Below, piece by piece: positions 7,537-16,948 of a stretch of DNA of 20,000 nt. The stretch is taken from assembly GCA_051942205.1 (NCBI GenBank), contig JAVECO010000132.1, positions 45,570 to 65,569 of the forward strand, in the 5' to 3' direction. Under the pieces are notes generated by a model, which saw only the letters and a program-made list of their open reading frames with translations, was not told the DNA's origin and searched no databases. The first letter of the stretch is position 1. The number at the start of each line of letters is the position of its first letter. The DNA comes from Coniocarpon cinnabarinum. Taxonomy: Eukaryota. A program made the position numbers and the translations under genes.

Positions 7537-9790
7537 ATGGGTTTGTCCCCAGGGCCTGCCGCCCAACAACAGGCTGCGCCTGATGCTACTACTGACGCGA
7601 ATGATGTGAGCGGTGCAAGGAGCAACATTCCAGTATCAATTTCAATCCGCAGTAGTGATGATCAAGCTTCCGCAAGCACTCAGACACCAAGCTACCGCGA
7701 TACACAAAGTCTCGTAGATCTCGTGAGAGATGCTCGAGGCGATCCTCTGCAAGAGTTAGGCGATGAATCGGCGAGGTCAGAAACACCAGAGCCCGCATTT
7801 GCAATATCACAGCCATCTCATACCAGACATCCTCTGGGAACCACATTCTTTCGTAAATTTCTTTCATCTCCCCCTTCGCCGGGCGTGGACTCAGTACCCA
7901 TGTCCACTCCTCGCACAGCCTCAATGAAATCCATGCAGCTCTCCGACGAAGATGGCTCAATAGACGAGGAGGCAAGCCAAGCTGTCGCTTCAAGCGCAGA
8001 AGAAGATGACATAGACGCTTCCAACGGTCACGATGGGCTGGAAGATCAATATGCACAAGCAGCACCACAACTAATCATGCCAAGCGTCACAATGCCGAGG
8101 CGACGGCCTTTCACCAAGCGTGGTAAAGATGTTGGTAGGCTAAAGATCATGATTGCGGGACAAAAGGGGCTCGGTAAGACTTCTTTGATCAAGTCAATAG
8201 TACAAATATGCGAGGACATCGTTCATGTCGATCCCATGGACGCTGATGCTGCAAAATTTGCAATTTCAGAAGCAGGTCACGTTCACGCACGTGCACCGTC
8301 GAGTCCACGAGACAGCCGCTCTCAAATGCGGGAAATTTACGCGAGTACCAGAGCGTATCCAACTTGGCTAGCAGAGGCCGAAAGCAGTAGTCATTTATTG
8401 GGATCGAGCAGAGGCTTGGACGATAAAGTACTTGAACGCAATATTTGTTTTCTTGACATCGGAGGATACGCGGACGCGGGATGCTTGGATGAATATAAAG
8501 ATACCCTTTTGCAGCATATTGAGTGGCATTTACATCGCAATGCATGGCCTGAACACCTGACTGACGCAGAGCTTTTGAGCATTTTGAGCGGTGAAGGAGG
8601 CTCACAAGTTGATGTTATTTTGTTTTTAATGACAGGGAAGTCCAGATTATCGCGAACTTTCCGACAAATCTGTACTAATCAAAGTAGGGAGACGGAAACT
8701 GACCAGCGCAGAGTTAGAAGTACTGCAGCACATCAGCAGATGCTCAAATCTCGTACCTTTGCTTTCTCAGGCAGACACTCATAGCGAGCAAGAGCTCACT
8801 GACGCAAGAACGGCGCTTGCCGAACAATTGCAAGAAGCTGAGGTGGAATGTTTTGATATGCCTATGCCACCAGTCTCGCCTGGTCTTGCGAGCTCGGGCA
8901 GAAGACTTATTGCGATTTCATCTACACCGGCGAGAGACGACGAGGTCATTGACGCCAGCTTACTAATGAGCTCAGGCTACGTCCAGCCTTTGGAGGTCAG
9001 TGACCTCCAGAAGTTGACTGAAACACTCTTCGATCCCGAGACTGCCGCACGCCTTAGGCATTCAGCTCTTCGAAAACTGTTCCAATGGAAGCACCGACAA
9101 GCTGTTCCAAGGCCATTGACGTCTTCGAATGCGTTGCGAGCTGCTCAGCAAGGGCCTCATCACATTAGCCTACCTGCATTCTCCCGGCGATCAACATTAC
9201 CCGCCACTGCGAACTCTGTTGCAGATTCAAGTGCGCCGGCGTCCAGCGCGATATGGGTTGAGGGCACGATGAGTGGAAGCCAAAATGAGAGGCCTTTGTC
9301 CACGTCATCCAATGCACTTCAACGGCCGGAGACGTTCTCCACGGCGCGGGTGCGTGACCATGCGCAGCGCGAAGAGCGTCTTGCACAAGTTCGACTTGCG
9401 CGATGGGCTGCTGATCTTCAGCGGGCTTTACACAGTGAGCGCGCACGCTTTGCCACTTTGAAGCAAGCAGAGCGCACAGCCTGGTTGCAAGAGCGGCTTG
9501 AGAAAAGCATCGATCCACACACGGACGAAAGCGACCCAGCAAAGGCCCTCCAAAAGCGTAGCCGAGAGACAGGCCAGTTTCAACGCTACAGATCGAGTGC
9601 TGGTGACCCTTTGGGACTCTTTGAATGGAGAGCGAGGTTGTCGGATCGTGGGGTCATGGTCGCGAACGTGGTTGGTGGCGCTGGGATATTTGGCGCGGTT
9701 GTGGTGTGGGTGGTCCGGACTTGGGGATGGAGTTCTCTGTTTGGCGGTGGTGATGGAACGGGCAGCTGGTGCTGGGCTAAGGACTGGTAG
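7537..9790 (+). CDS. Septin-like P-loop domain protein with coiled coil and C-terminal membrane anchor (~733 aa). Exons 7537-8635, 8688-9790 (non-canonical intron)
   Basis: G1 KIMIAGQKGLGKTS (P-loop 8158-8184), G3-like NICFLDIGGY, strand QVDVILFLM, then in the second frame septin G4-like NLVPLLSQAD. Coiled coil REERLAQVRLARWAADLQRALHSER and a hydrophobic C-tail VMVANVVGGAGIFGAVVVWVV. The two ORFs must be joined near 8636-8687, where an ACTAAT branch point and TAG acceptor are present. Confidence 0.8.
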
Positions 9791-10071
9791 GAGCACGATT
9801 GGACATGACTCGACGAGGAACCGGAGACGCACACGGACGAGGGCAGAGGGAGGACGAATGACGTGCATGAGAGATACCACATAGCATAGCGTTGATTTGA
9901 CGGGCGGTTTCAAGTGCTCCATCTACTGACGGATACATGTTCACCGCACAACCGCACAGAAGACGGTGCTGAATGTGCGAGCGCTGAACGAAGCCGCATC
10001 CAGTTAGACGTGTCGGCATGGGAAGTGATGGTCTCACATGGATTGGCAGTCGTCGTGGCTGCAAGCTTCTT

Positions 10072-10095
10072 GGGTGAAGCAGGGGTGGGGATGGG
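10072..10095 (+). other. Canonical G-quadruplex-forming motif
   Basis: GGG-TGAAGCA-GGGG-T-GGGG-AT-GGG fits four G3+ runs separated by loops of 1-7 nt. Confidence 0.45.
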
Positions 10096-10749
10096 TGTGA
10101 CACATGGCAAAGGGCCCTTCAGAGAAGTACTTGCCGCACAATAATTCAACGTCTTATGAGTCGCGAGGCGCTTTCGCGGTTTTGCTGATAGCTATGTGAC
10201 ATCAATTGTTCTCATCGTATGGGCTCGTCGCCGAGACTGAGATCCGGCAACGACTTTTGTCCCTCACCCTTGTGGCAGACGGGGGTTGTCTGTCACCTGA
10301 CCAATAGCGAGGATGCGCGGAGCACTGAGCTTTGGCAGTGCGGTGTAGAGCTACCAGACGACCGCGATGTCGCAGCAGGGTGCTTGGCGGGCGGCTGAGT
10401 TTAATTGTGCAGCGGACAGGCTTGCTCGGACGCTAGAGGAGCCAATGCGCGTGAGGACAGGAGAGAGTGAGAGGGCGAGCAGTGAGAAAAGGTCCGAGGG
10501 TGCATGTGTGTTTATTGCCTCAGATCTGTGCTACGCGATGCATGACGACGACGAGGGAGCGGTTCCGACGGCAGGCTACGTACCTCCCACTGCGCATGCC
10601 GGAAGCCGACTGATCGTGATGACACAGAGGGCGAGGGAGGAGGAGGTTGGATGGTTTGGGCGGCGAGGGCATGAGATAGCAGTACGTACTCGTAGTAGCT
10701 AGTAGCTGCAGTCACAGAGGTGGCGGCCATGGAGTTGCGGGAGTGCACC

Positions 10750-10814
10750 CACACACACATTGATACGTACACAGAGACACGCTCACTCACATACCTGCAC
10801 ACACACATACACAC
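10750..10814. repeat. Imperfect (CA)n microsatellite
   Basis: cacacacacattgatacgtacacagagacacgctcactcacatacctgcacacacacatacacac. Confidence 0.75.
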
Positions 10815-11220
10815 GCGCAGATGCTGGGTGGAGGACCTCGCGAACGACGGAGGGCAGATCGGTGCAGAGGAAGGGAGCCCCTGCAGGCCCTGGCGAGGCT
10901 GCATGCATACACCTGAAAAGCCACACACGAGTCTGTTGCCTTGCTGCCAGACGGCTCTGCTGGCGTGCTGGTGGCTGCTGTTGGCTGCTGGCTGGTTGCC
11001 CACTCGTCCCAGCCCTCCCAGCGGACGAGGCCGGGCAAGCGAACGTGGAGCGACTGGAGGGCCCATCACGTTGCCCACTGCGCTGCCAGCTGGGCCGGCG
11101 CCGGCTGTCATTTGTCGAGGGGGGGCGTCGCTAAGGCGGCTCTAGCAGCGCCAGTGCCGTGCGTGGGTGAACGCCTGTACAGAAGCGTCGCTGACTGACA
11201 GGCGCACACCCGCACCCGCG

Positions 11221-11423
11221 AGAGGTGGGAGGGAGGACGAGGGGGAGAAAGAGAGAGACAGAAGGCGAGCGCAGGCGCAGAGAGAGGGTCAAATGGACTC
11301 GCTCAAACGGGCGCGGTATGGGACGTCTCCACTTGCATGGATTGGATGGCTGCACCGTTCCTGGTCCCTGCCCGCCCCTACACAAACCGTAAGAGCGTGA
11401 GAGCGTGAGAGTATGAGAGAGTA
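11221..11423. repeat. GA-rich low-complexity tracts and a short 8-mer tandem repeat
   Basis: Purine tract at 11221-11288 (gggggagaaagagagagacagaagg). AGAGCGTG x2 followed by AGAGTATG and AGAGAGTA at 11392-11423. Confidence 0.65.
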
Positions 11424-11539
11424 ATGTACTCTACTCCGTGTGCATACTGGTGACTGGCTCTCTCGCCGTGCAGAGGCTGACTTGCGCAAATCCTTTTCCC
11501 GACCATCACCGCTGCGTGCCTGCTACTGCTGCTGCATTG

Positions 11540-11650
11540 CCCAGCCTTCCATCCCTTCTCACTTTCCATCGCTCCTCGCCTCCCTTCTTCCCTCCCCGTC
11601 GCCTGCTTGCGGTCTCCTCTCCACCTGTCCCTCTCGTCGTCGTCGTCGCT
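11540..11650 (+). promoter_or_regulatory. Pyrimidine (CT)-rich tract typical of filamentous-fungal core promoters / transcript starts; probable OGT TSS region
   Basis: ccttccatcccttctcactttccatcgctcctcgcctcccttcttccctcccc..., followed by a (TCG)5 run. ATG becomes rare downstream of this tract. Confidence 0.45.
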
Positions 11651-12304
11651 GCCGCCAACCGGCCTTGCATGAGCCCACGGATCCGTCGGCGCCCTTCCCA
11701 GCGGCTTGGCAGGCTCGTGCCCGTCCGTGGATCACTGACTCAAGTTCAGACAACCGTGTGCCGTCTGGGGCGGTGATTTGTCCCAGGGCTTTATCCTTCT
11801 AGCGCTTCCATTTCCAACCTACCTACCCACGCCAATCGACCCTACCTCCACCGCTCCTCGTCACGAGCTTGCCTCCCACCGCACACACCTTCAAAGCCCA
11901 CCTCAAGCTCGAGGCCACATTGACCCGGCTGCTGGCTTCAGACTCGGGCCTCCTTTCCTCTCCCTCTCCCACTCGACCCTCCGCTGTGCACCCGTCGACT
12001 ATGCCGCTGCGGAGCCACCTCTATCGACTCCGTAGAGGCATAGGAACCGCCACGCCCACACCTTGACTTGGCTGGCCCTCCCGGATCCTGGCCAGTGGCT
12101 AAACATCCAACCGGTGTCGAGCCTGTCTCAGTCTCTCCTTCAGTTGTCTCATCACTCATTGACAAGAGGCGGACGTTTCCTGGTGTGGTATATTTTTACT
12201 GGGCTCAGCAACTCTGAATTCAAATCTTGAGGAACTTGAATACCTCAAGTACTTGTCCCCGAGGCCTTTGTTCGCAGCAGCTGGTCGTTTTCCGAACATC
12301 AAGC

Positions 12305-15300
12305 ATGTCCGTTCTTGCAGCTCAGGCGCGGCCCGCGCTGCAGGCGATGCAACACCCACACGACTTTCGCCTCAATTCCGCACATTTTCATGAGCACGGG
12401 CAGGGGTCAAGGAAGCGAACGACATTTCGACAACATGTACAGAATGCACGAAACCTACACACTATCTCCCAGACAGTTGCTCTGCCTCTGGATTCCAGCT
12501 GCTCGACCGGATCAACTTTCAATGCTGGCCCGCCAAATGATTCTACGGCTCGACCCGAAGACTTACTAAGACGAAAGACTCCCGGTGGCATCCTCAGTGG
12601 CGCATACGATGGGAGCTTTGCTACCTCTAAAGAAGCGAGGGGACATGCCTCAAAGCATGTACTTGTATCAAGGCCACGGCCTCCACCTCGCGATGCTTGC
12701 GATTATCGGACAATACCTGTCCCTGGTGCCCAAACACACGTCCCGTTCAATACAACAGGAACTGGCTTGAGCCCATGGATCGAGGACCAGGTTCAAGTCG
12801 ACTCAATGGTTGGCCTGTCGCCCGAGCCGTATTGTGTCATGGACTGGCAGTACACGAATCCAAACGGCCCGAGGGTAATGCAGCCACCCTATCAGACGAT
12901 CCTTGGTCCTACCGCGTCAAACGAACATAGTCCTCACGGTCCATATTGGCCCAATGGCGATTTTGCACCTTACAGACCGGCCGCGTTTGCAGATTCTACA
13001 CAGCAACCAAATTTGCCTGGATGGCAGCCCACGATCGCCTTTGCCAACCTCCATGTCTCGACACCTCCAGAAATTCAATCACCAGGCACCTCGCAAAATG
13101 AGTTCGCGGCTCCGCAAAGGGCCAGTGGCGGCTTTCATTTTAACAAAACTAACCTCCATTCGCCACGGAAATCTCGAGAAGCTCATCTTCCAGAGATACA
13201 AAATGCAAAACTTTCGTTCTCCGCGCGAACACGGCTGCTTGCGCAAGAGTCAAGAGACGCCACACCCACAATATCACCTACACCATCAGCATGGTCTCAA
13301 ACAAAAGGCAGCTTCGCTGGCACCATTCCAGACACCGCACCTCCTTATGCACCTTCTCTTAAACCCTCGCCCACCTCAAATGAGATTCTCTCTTGGTCCT
13401 ATGGTATTTATAATGATCTCGTGGGCGTGTTGCGAGATCGAGAATTCCACAATCGAGGACACTCGCTACCCAATGATGCTGGTCGTACCCCTCAACTGCG
13501 ACACAAGAACTCACCATTCTTAGGTTCTTCTCCTTATCACCAATCTCCTTCTAACAACCTTAATACAGCCAACACATCAGCTCTGGATGCCAATCCCTGG
13601 TCAAGTCCGTGTGCATGGTCGCATCCTCGAGATTTGAAGAGAGAGGCTTATGCTGCTGTGAACGCCCTCAACAGTCTCTGCTCCCAGGGTAACCGTGAGT
13701 GGATTGACGGAATGCTGCTCAATGGCTGTCTATCGCAAGTGCTCGGAGAGCATCAGAACGCCGCTCGCTGGTGCTGCCGGATTCTACAGCTCGATCCAAA
13801 CCATGCCGAAGCAGCTTCAAACCTGGCCGCTTCGTACATGGCCCTGAATCGTCGGGCTGAGGCAGAAGAGTGTTGGAGACTAGCCATCAACATCAAGCCA
13901 ACGTACTTCGAAGCAATTGAGCATCTTGTTGGACTGCTGTGCTATGAGAAGCGTCACAAAGAGGCGATTCAGATCATCGATCATGTGCAAGCGATGCTTC
14001 GGTCAAAAGCCGCCTTTGAGCCTGAGCATCAGTTCTTCCAAGCCCTCCTGGGCTATCCACGATACGCCATTCCTGTGCGAGATAACGGGCGAATGATGGG
14101 CCTCATCCATTCCAAAGGAAACTTAATGTATAACATGCAGGATCAGATCGGTGCTGCCAAAGCCTTCGAAGAGGTCGTTTTGATTGCAGTTGGCTATCCG
14201 AGCAACGGCATCGAATTCCTGATCAAGCATGTTCTCACGGCTTTAGCTAACTACAACCAGACCAAAGGACTGGTGGCCCACAAGCACGAGTCGATGCTGT
14301 TACTGCCCGAGAAAGCGGTCCAAACTGCAGCTCTGTGCTTTCCTAACCATGGCAGTCTCCCCGGTCTGGATTACCTGCAGCTCCCGGCGGCCAAACGGGC
14401 GGCCATCTCAGTCACTTCGAATTCACTGCTTTCACTTGCCAAAATCTTTCAGGACGGCATGAATCCGCATTCTGTCTCCGGATTTAAGAGCAGTTTCGGC
14501 ATCCAAGAGATACTCGCATTGTATTACCTCTCGCTGTCGTTACAGCCAAGCCCATCTACCGCAAACAATGTTGGCATCCTCTTGGCAAGCATTCCGTCAC
14601 CTGGTGGGCCGAAGCCACTCAAGGCGAATGAGTATTACATGTTTCCAGGCGTTGCACCTGACAGTGGTGTCGCGTTGGCCTTGCAATACTACAGATATGG
14701 CCTCAAGCTGGATCACAAGCATGCGCATCTGTACACAAACTTGGGCAGCTTGCTCAAAGACATTGGTCAGCTTCCCATGGCCATTCAAATGTACGAGAGG
14801 GCGGTGACCTGTGATGGGAATTTCGATATTGCGTTGGCCAACCTTGCGAACGCTGTGAAAGACCAAGGTCGCGTCGGCGATGCGATAGGGTTTTATCGTC
14901 GGGCAGTCCAGGTCAATCCCAAATTTGCGGAAGCTGTCTGTGGCCTCGCAAACGCACTGAACTCCATCTGTGAATGGCCAGGTAGGGGTGGAATGATGTT
15001 GAAGAATGGCAAATTCGATCGCTTCCATGTTGGAGAAACGGGAGAGCTTCGCGATGCCCTCAATGAAGCTTTGGCTGCGGATCGGCCTCTCGTGGGCTGG
15101 ATCAACCGTGTGGTCGACATTGTTGAGAATCAACTTCTGGAGGGTCAAGAATGGGGACGTGGCGTCTTGTGTGATGATTACGTGGACGATCTAGCTGACA
15201 GACTGGGGGCGCTCGAAGTTCGTCGATCTCGTCTCTACGTCAAGAGGCGTGGATTGGACGCCATAGCGATCAGGAGGCTTGTGGAGTCGTGGCGTGGAAA

Positions 15301-16948
15301 GGAGTGGGAAGGCGCTCTGATCGTCTGGCTCATTGAGCGTGCGATCAGGATGATCGGATGGCAGTGGTATCACGACAAGTACACAACTGGATGCGAGCAG
15401 CCCGACACAGCCTATCACCGACCGAGACTACCAGATTCATTGTCGACGCTCAGCGCCCCGACGGTCCTTCCTTTCCATACATTCACGCTTCCGCTGTCTG
15501 CTAAACAGGTTCGACAAATATCTCAGCGCAATGGTTTGCGAGTGTCTTGCTCGACACTCAGAACATCGTGGTTGCCACAGAGCGTGTATCCCCCCCCGGC
15601 GCCGCCAGCACCAACGCTCAAAATTGGCTACGTCTCCTCGGACTTCAATAATCACCCTTTGGCGCATTTGATGCAGTCAGTCTTTGGCATGCACGATCGG
15701 TCGAGTTTCACAGCGTACTGCTATGCCACGTCGGCTTCAGACAACTCCGTACACCGCCAGCAGATTGAGCGAGAATCACCGCATTTCATTGATGCGTCCG
15801 CTTGGCCCGTGGAACGACTTGTCGCCCAAATTGTCCGGGACGGTATTCACATTCTCATCAACTTGAACGGCTACACACGTGGTGCTCGCAATGAAATCTT
15901 CGCAGCCCGCCCTGCCCCTGTTCAGATGTCCTTCATGGGATACGCAGGGTCTCTAGGGGCTGAGTGGTGTGACTATCTGCTTGCAGATGAGACTGCTGTG
16001 CCCAGCTCGGCTCTACGGCCACATCGGAATAATGTTGACCTCAATGACTTGACTGTATCGAATAACATTGGGGGTAGCGAAGATTGGGTTTATCCGGAAA
16101 ACGTGGTGTACACTCGCCACGCCTTTTTCTGTTGTGACCATGCACAGTCTGCGACACAAGACCCTATGGCAGAGCGGAACCTTTCGTGGAGCGATGAGCT
16201 TACTCGGCGCTGGCAGATGCGGCAAGAGCTGTTCCCGGACCTGCCTGCTGACACCATCATCCTCGCCAATTTTAATCAGCTGTACAAGATCGACCCAACG
16301 ACCTTTCGGACGTGGTTGCGGATCCTTGCCCGTGTACGCAAAGCCGTGCTTTGGCTGCTCCGCTTTCCCGCTGATGGGGCCTCAAATCTGCAACAAACAG
16401 CCAGAATCTGGGCAGGCGACGAAGTGGCGAGTCGAATCTGTTTCACAGACGTTGCTCCCAAGGGACAGCACATTGCTCGGGCATGCGTGGCCGATCTTTT
16501 CTTGGACACCGGCGAATGCAATGCTCATACAACGGCGGCAGATTGTCTGTGGTCCGGTACACCGCTTTTGACTTTGCCACGTTATGAATGGAAAATGTGT
16601 TCACGAATGGCTGCCGGTATTGTTGCCGGTGCACTGAATCTGGATTCGGCCGAGGGGCGAAGAGCTCGCAACGACCTTATTGCTGAAGACGAAGACGACT
16701 ACGAGAGAAAGGCGATTGCGCTGGCGGAAGGCGTGAAGCATGTGGATGGCAAGCCTGGCGACATACCACGTACGCAAGGTCGTCTGGTCGAGCTGCGACG
16801 GACGCTTTGGAAGGGCAGATGGACGAGCAAACTTTTTGACACGCAACGATGGGTGCGGGACTTGGAGCTGGCGTACAAGGAAGTCTGGAGAAAATGGGTA
16901 GAAGGGGAAGGGGGCGACGTCTGGATTAAAGACTTGGTAAAATCATGA
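12305..16948 (+). CDS. OGT: GT41 UDP-GlcNAc:peptide O-GlcNAc transferase (OGT/SEC type), ~1547 aa, apparently intronless
   Basis: TPR repeats (HAEAASNLA, HAHLYTNLGSLLKDIG, FDIALANLANAVKDQG, FAEAVCGLANAL). Catalytic-lobe motifs PTVLPFH, LKIGYVSSDFNNHPLAHLMQSVF, DGIHILINLNGYTRGARNEIFAARPAPVQM, LANFNQLYKIDP, LWLLRFP, ADLFLDT..CNAHTT, SRMAA, LFDTQRWVRDLE. The first in-frame ATG is 12305; the track start at 12227 is TTG. Confidence 0.95.
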   Translation: MSVLAAQARPALQAMQHPHDFRLNSAHFHEHGQGSRKRTTFRQHVQNARNLHTISQTVALPLDSSCSTGSTFNAGPPNDSTARPEDLLRRKTPGGILSGAYDGSFATSKEARGHASKHVLVSRPRPPPRDACDYRTIPVPGAQTHVPFNTTGTGLSPWIEDQVQVDSMVGLSPEPYCVMDWQYTNPNGPRVMQPPYQTILGPTASNEHSPHGPYWPNGDFAPYRPAAFADSTQQPNLPGWQPTIAFANLHVSTPPEIQSPGTSQNEFAAPQRASGGFHFNKTNLHSPRKSREAHLPEIQNAKLSFSARTRLLAQESRDATPTISPTPSAWSQTKGSFAGTIPDTAPPYAPSLKPSPTSNEILSWSYGIYNDLVGVLRDREFHNRGHSLPNDAGRTPQLRHKNSPFLGSSPYHQSPSNNLNTANTSALDANPWSSPCAWSHPRDLKREAYAAVNALNSLCSQGNREWIDGMLLNGCLSQVLGEHQNAARWCCRILQLDPNHAEAASNLAASYMALNRRAEAEECWRLAINIKPTYFEAIEHLVGLLCYEKRHKEAIQIIDHVQAMLRSKAAFEPEHQFFQALLGYPRYAIPVRDNGRMMGLIHSKGNLMYNMQDQIGAAKAFEEVVLIAVGYPSNGIEFLIKHVLTALANYNQTKGLVAHKHESMLLLPEKAVQTAALCFPNHGSLPGLDYLQLPAAKRAAISVTSNSLLSLAKIFQDGMNPHSVSGFKSSFGIQEILALYYLSLSLQPSPSTANNVGILLASIPSPGGPKPLKANEYYMFPGVAPDSGVALALQYYRYGLKLDHKHAHLYTNLGSLLKDIGQLPMAIQMYERAVTCDGNFDIALANLANAVKDQGRVGDAIGFYRRAVQVNPKFAEAVCGLANALNSICEWPGRGGMMLKNGKFDRFHVGETGELRDALNEALAADRPLVGWINRVVDIVENQLLEGQEWGRGVLCDDYVDDLADRLGALEVRRSRLYVKRRGLDAIAIRRLVESWRGKEWEGALIVWLIERAIRMIGWQWYHDKYTTGCEQPDTAYHRPRLPDSLSTLSAPTVLPFHTFTLPLSAKQVRQISQRNGLRVSCSTLRTSWLPQSVYPPPAPPAPTLKIGYVSSDFNNHPLAHLMQSVFGMHDRSSFTAYCYATSASDNSVHRQQIERESPHFIDASAWPVERLVAQIVRDGIHILINLNGYTRGARNEIFAARPAPVQMSFMGYAGSLGAEWCDYLLADETAVPSSALRPHRNNVDLNDLTVSNNIGGSEDWVYPENVVYTRHAFFCCDHAQSATQDPMAERNLSWSDELTRRWQMRQELFPDLPADTIILANFNQLYKIDPTTFRTWLRILARVRKAVLWLLRFPADGASNLQQTARIWAGDEVASRICFTDVAPKGQHIARACVADLFLDTGECNAHTTAADCLWSGTPLLTLPRYEWKMCSRMAAGIVAGALNLDSAEGRRARNDLIAEDEDDYERKAIALAEGVKHVDGKPGDIPRTQGRLVELRRTLWKGRWTSKLFDTQRWVRDLELAYKEVWRKWVEGEGGDVWIKDLVKS

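Noticed and set aside
8636..8784. Programmed frameshift, or two separate genes at 7537-8784 and 8759-9790
   Set aside because: There is no slippery heptamer. The G1/G3 and G4 motifs are split across the two frames, and a branch point plus acceptor sit exactly at the junction, so an intron is the simpler explanation.
10512..11802. ORFs of 199, 141, 124, 120 and 112 aa in the large gap as conventional genes
   Set aside because: They translate microsatellite and low-complexity DNA (CVCV, HTHT, RERD) and show no domain signal.
12305..16948. SPINDLY-type O-fucosyltransferase forming a fucose module with the permease
   Set aside because: The motifs NFNQLYKID, LNGYTRGAR and CNAHTT are OGT/SEC-type rather than SPY-type.
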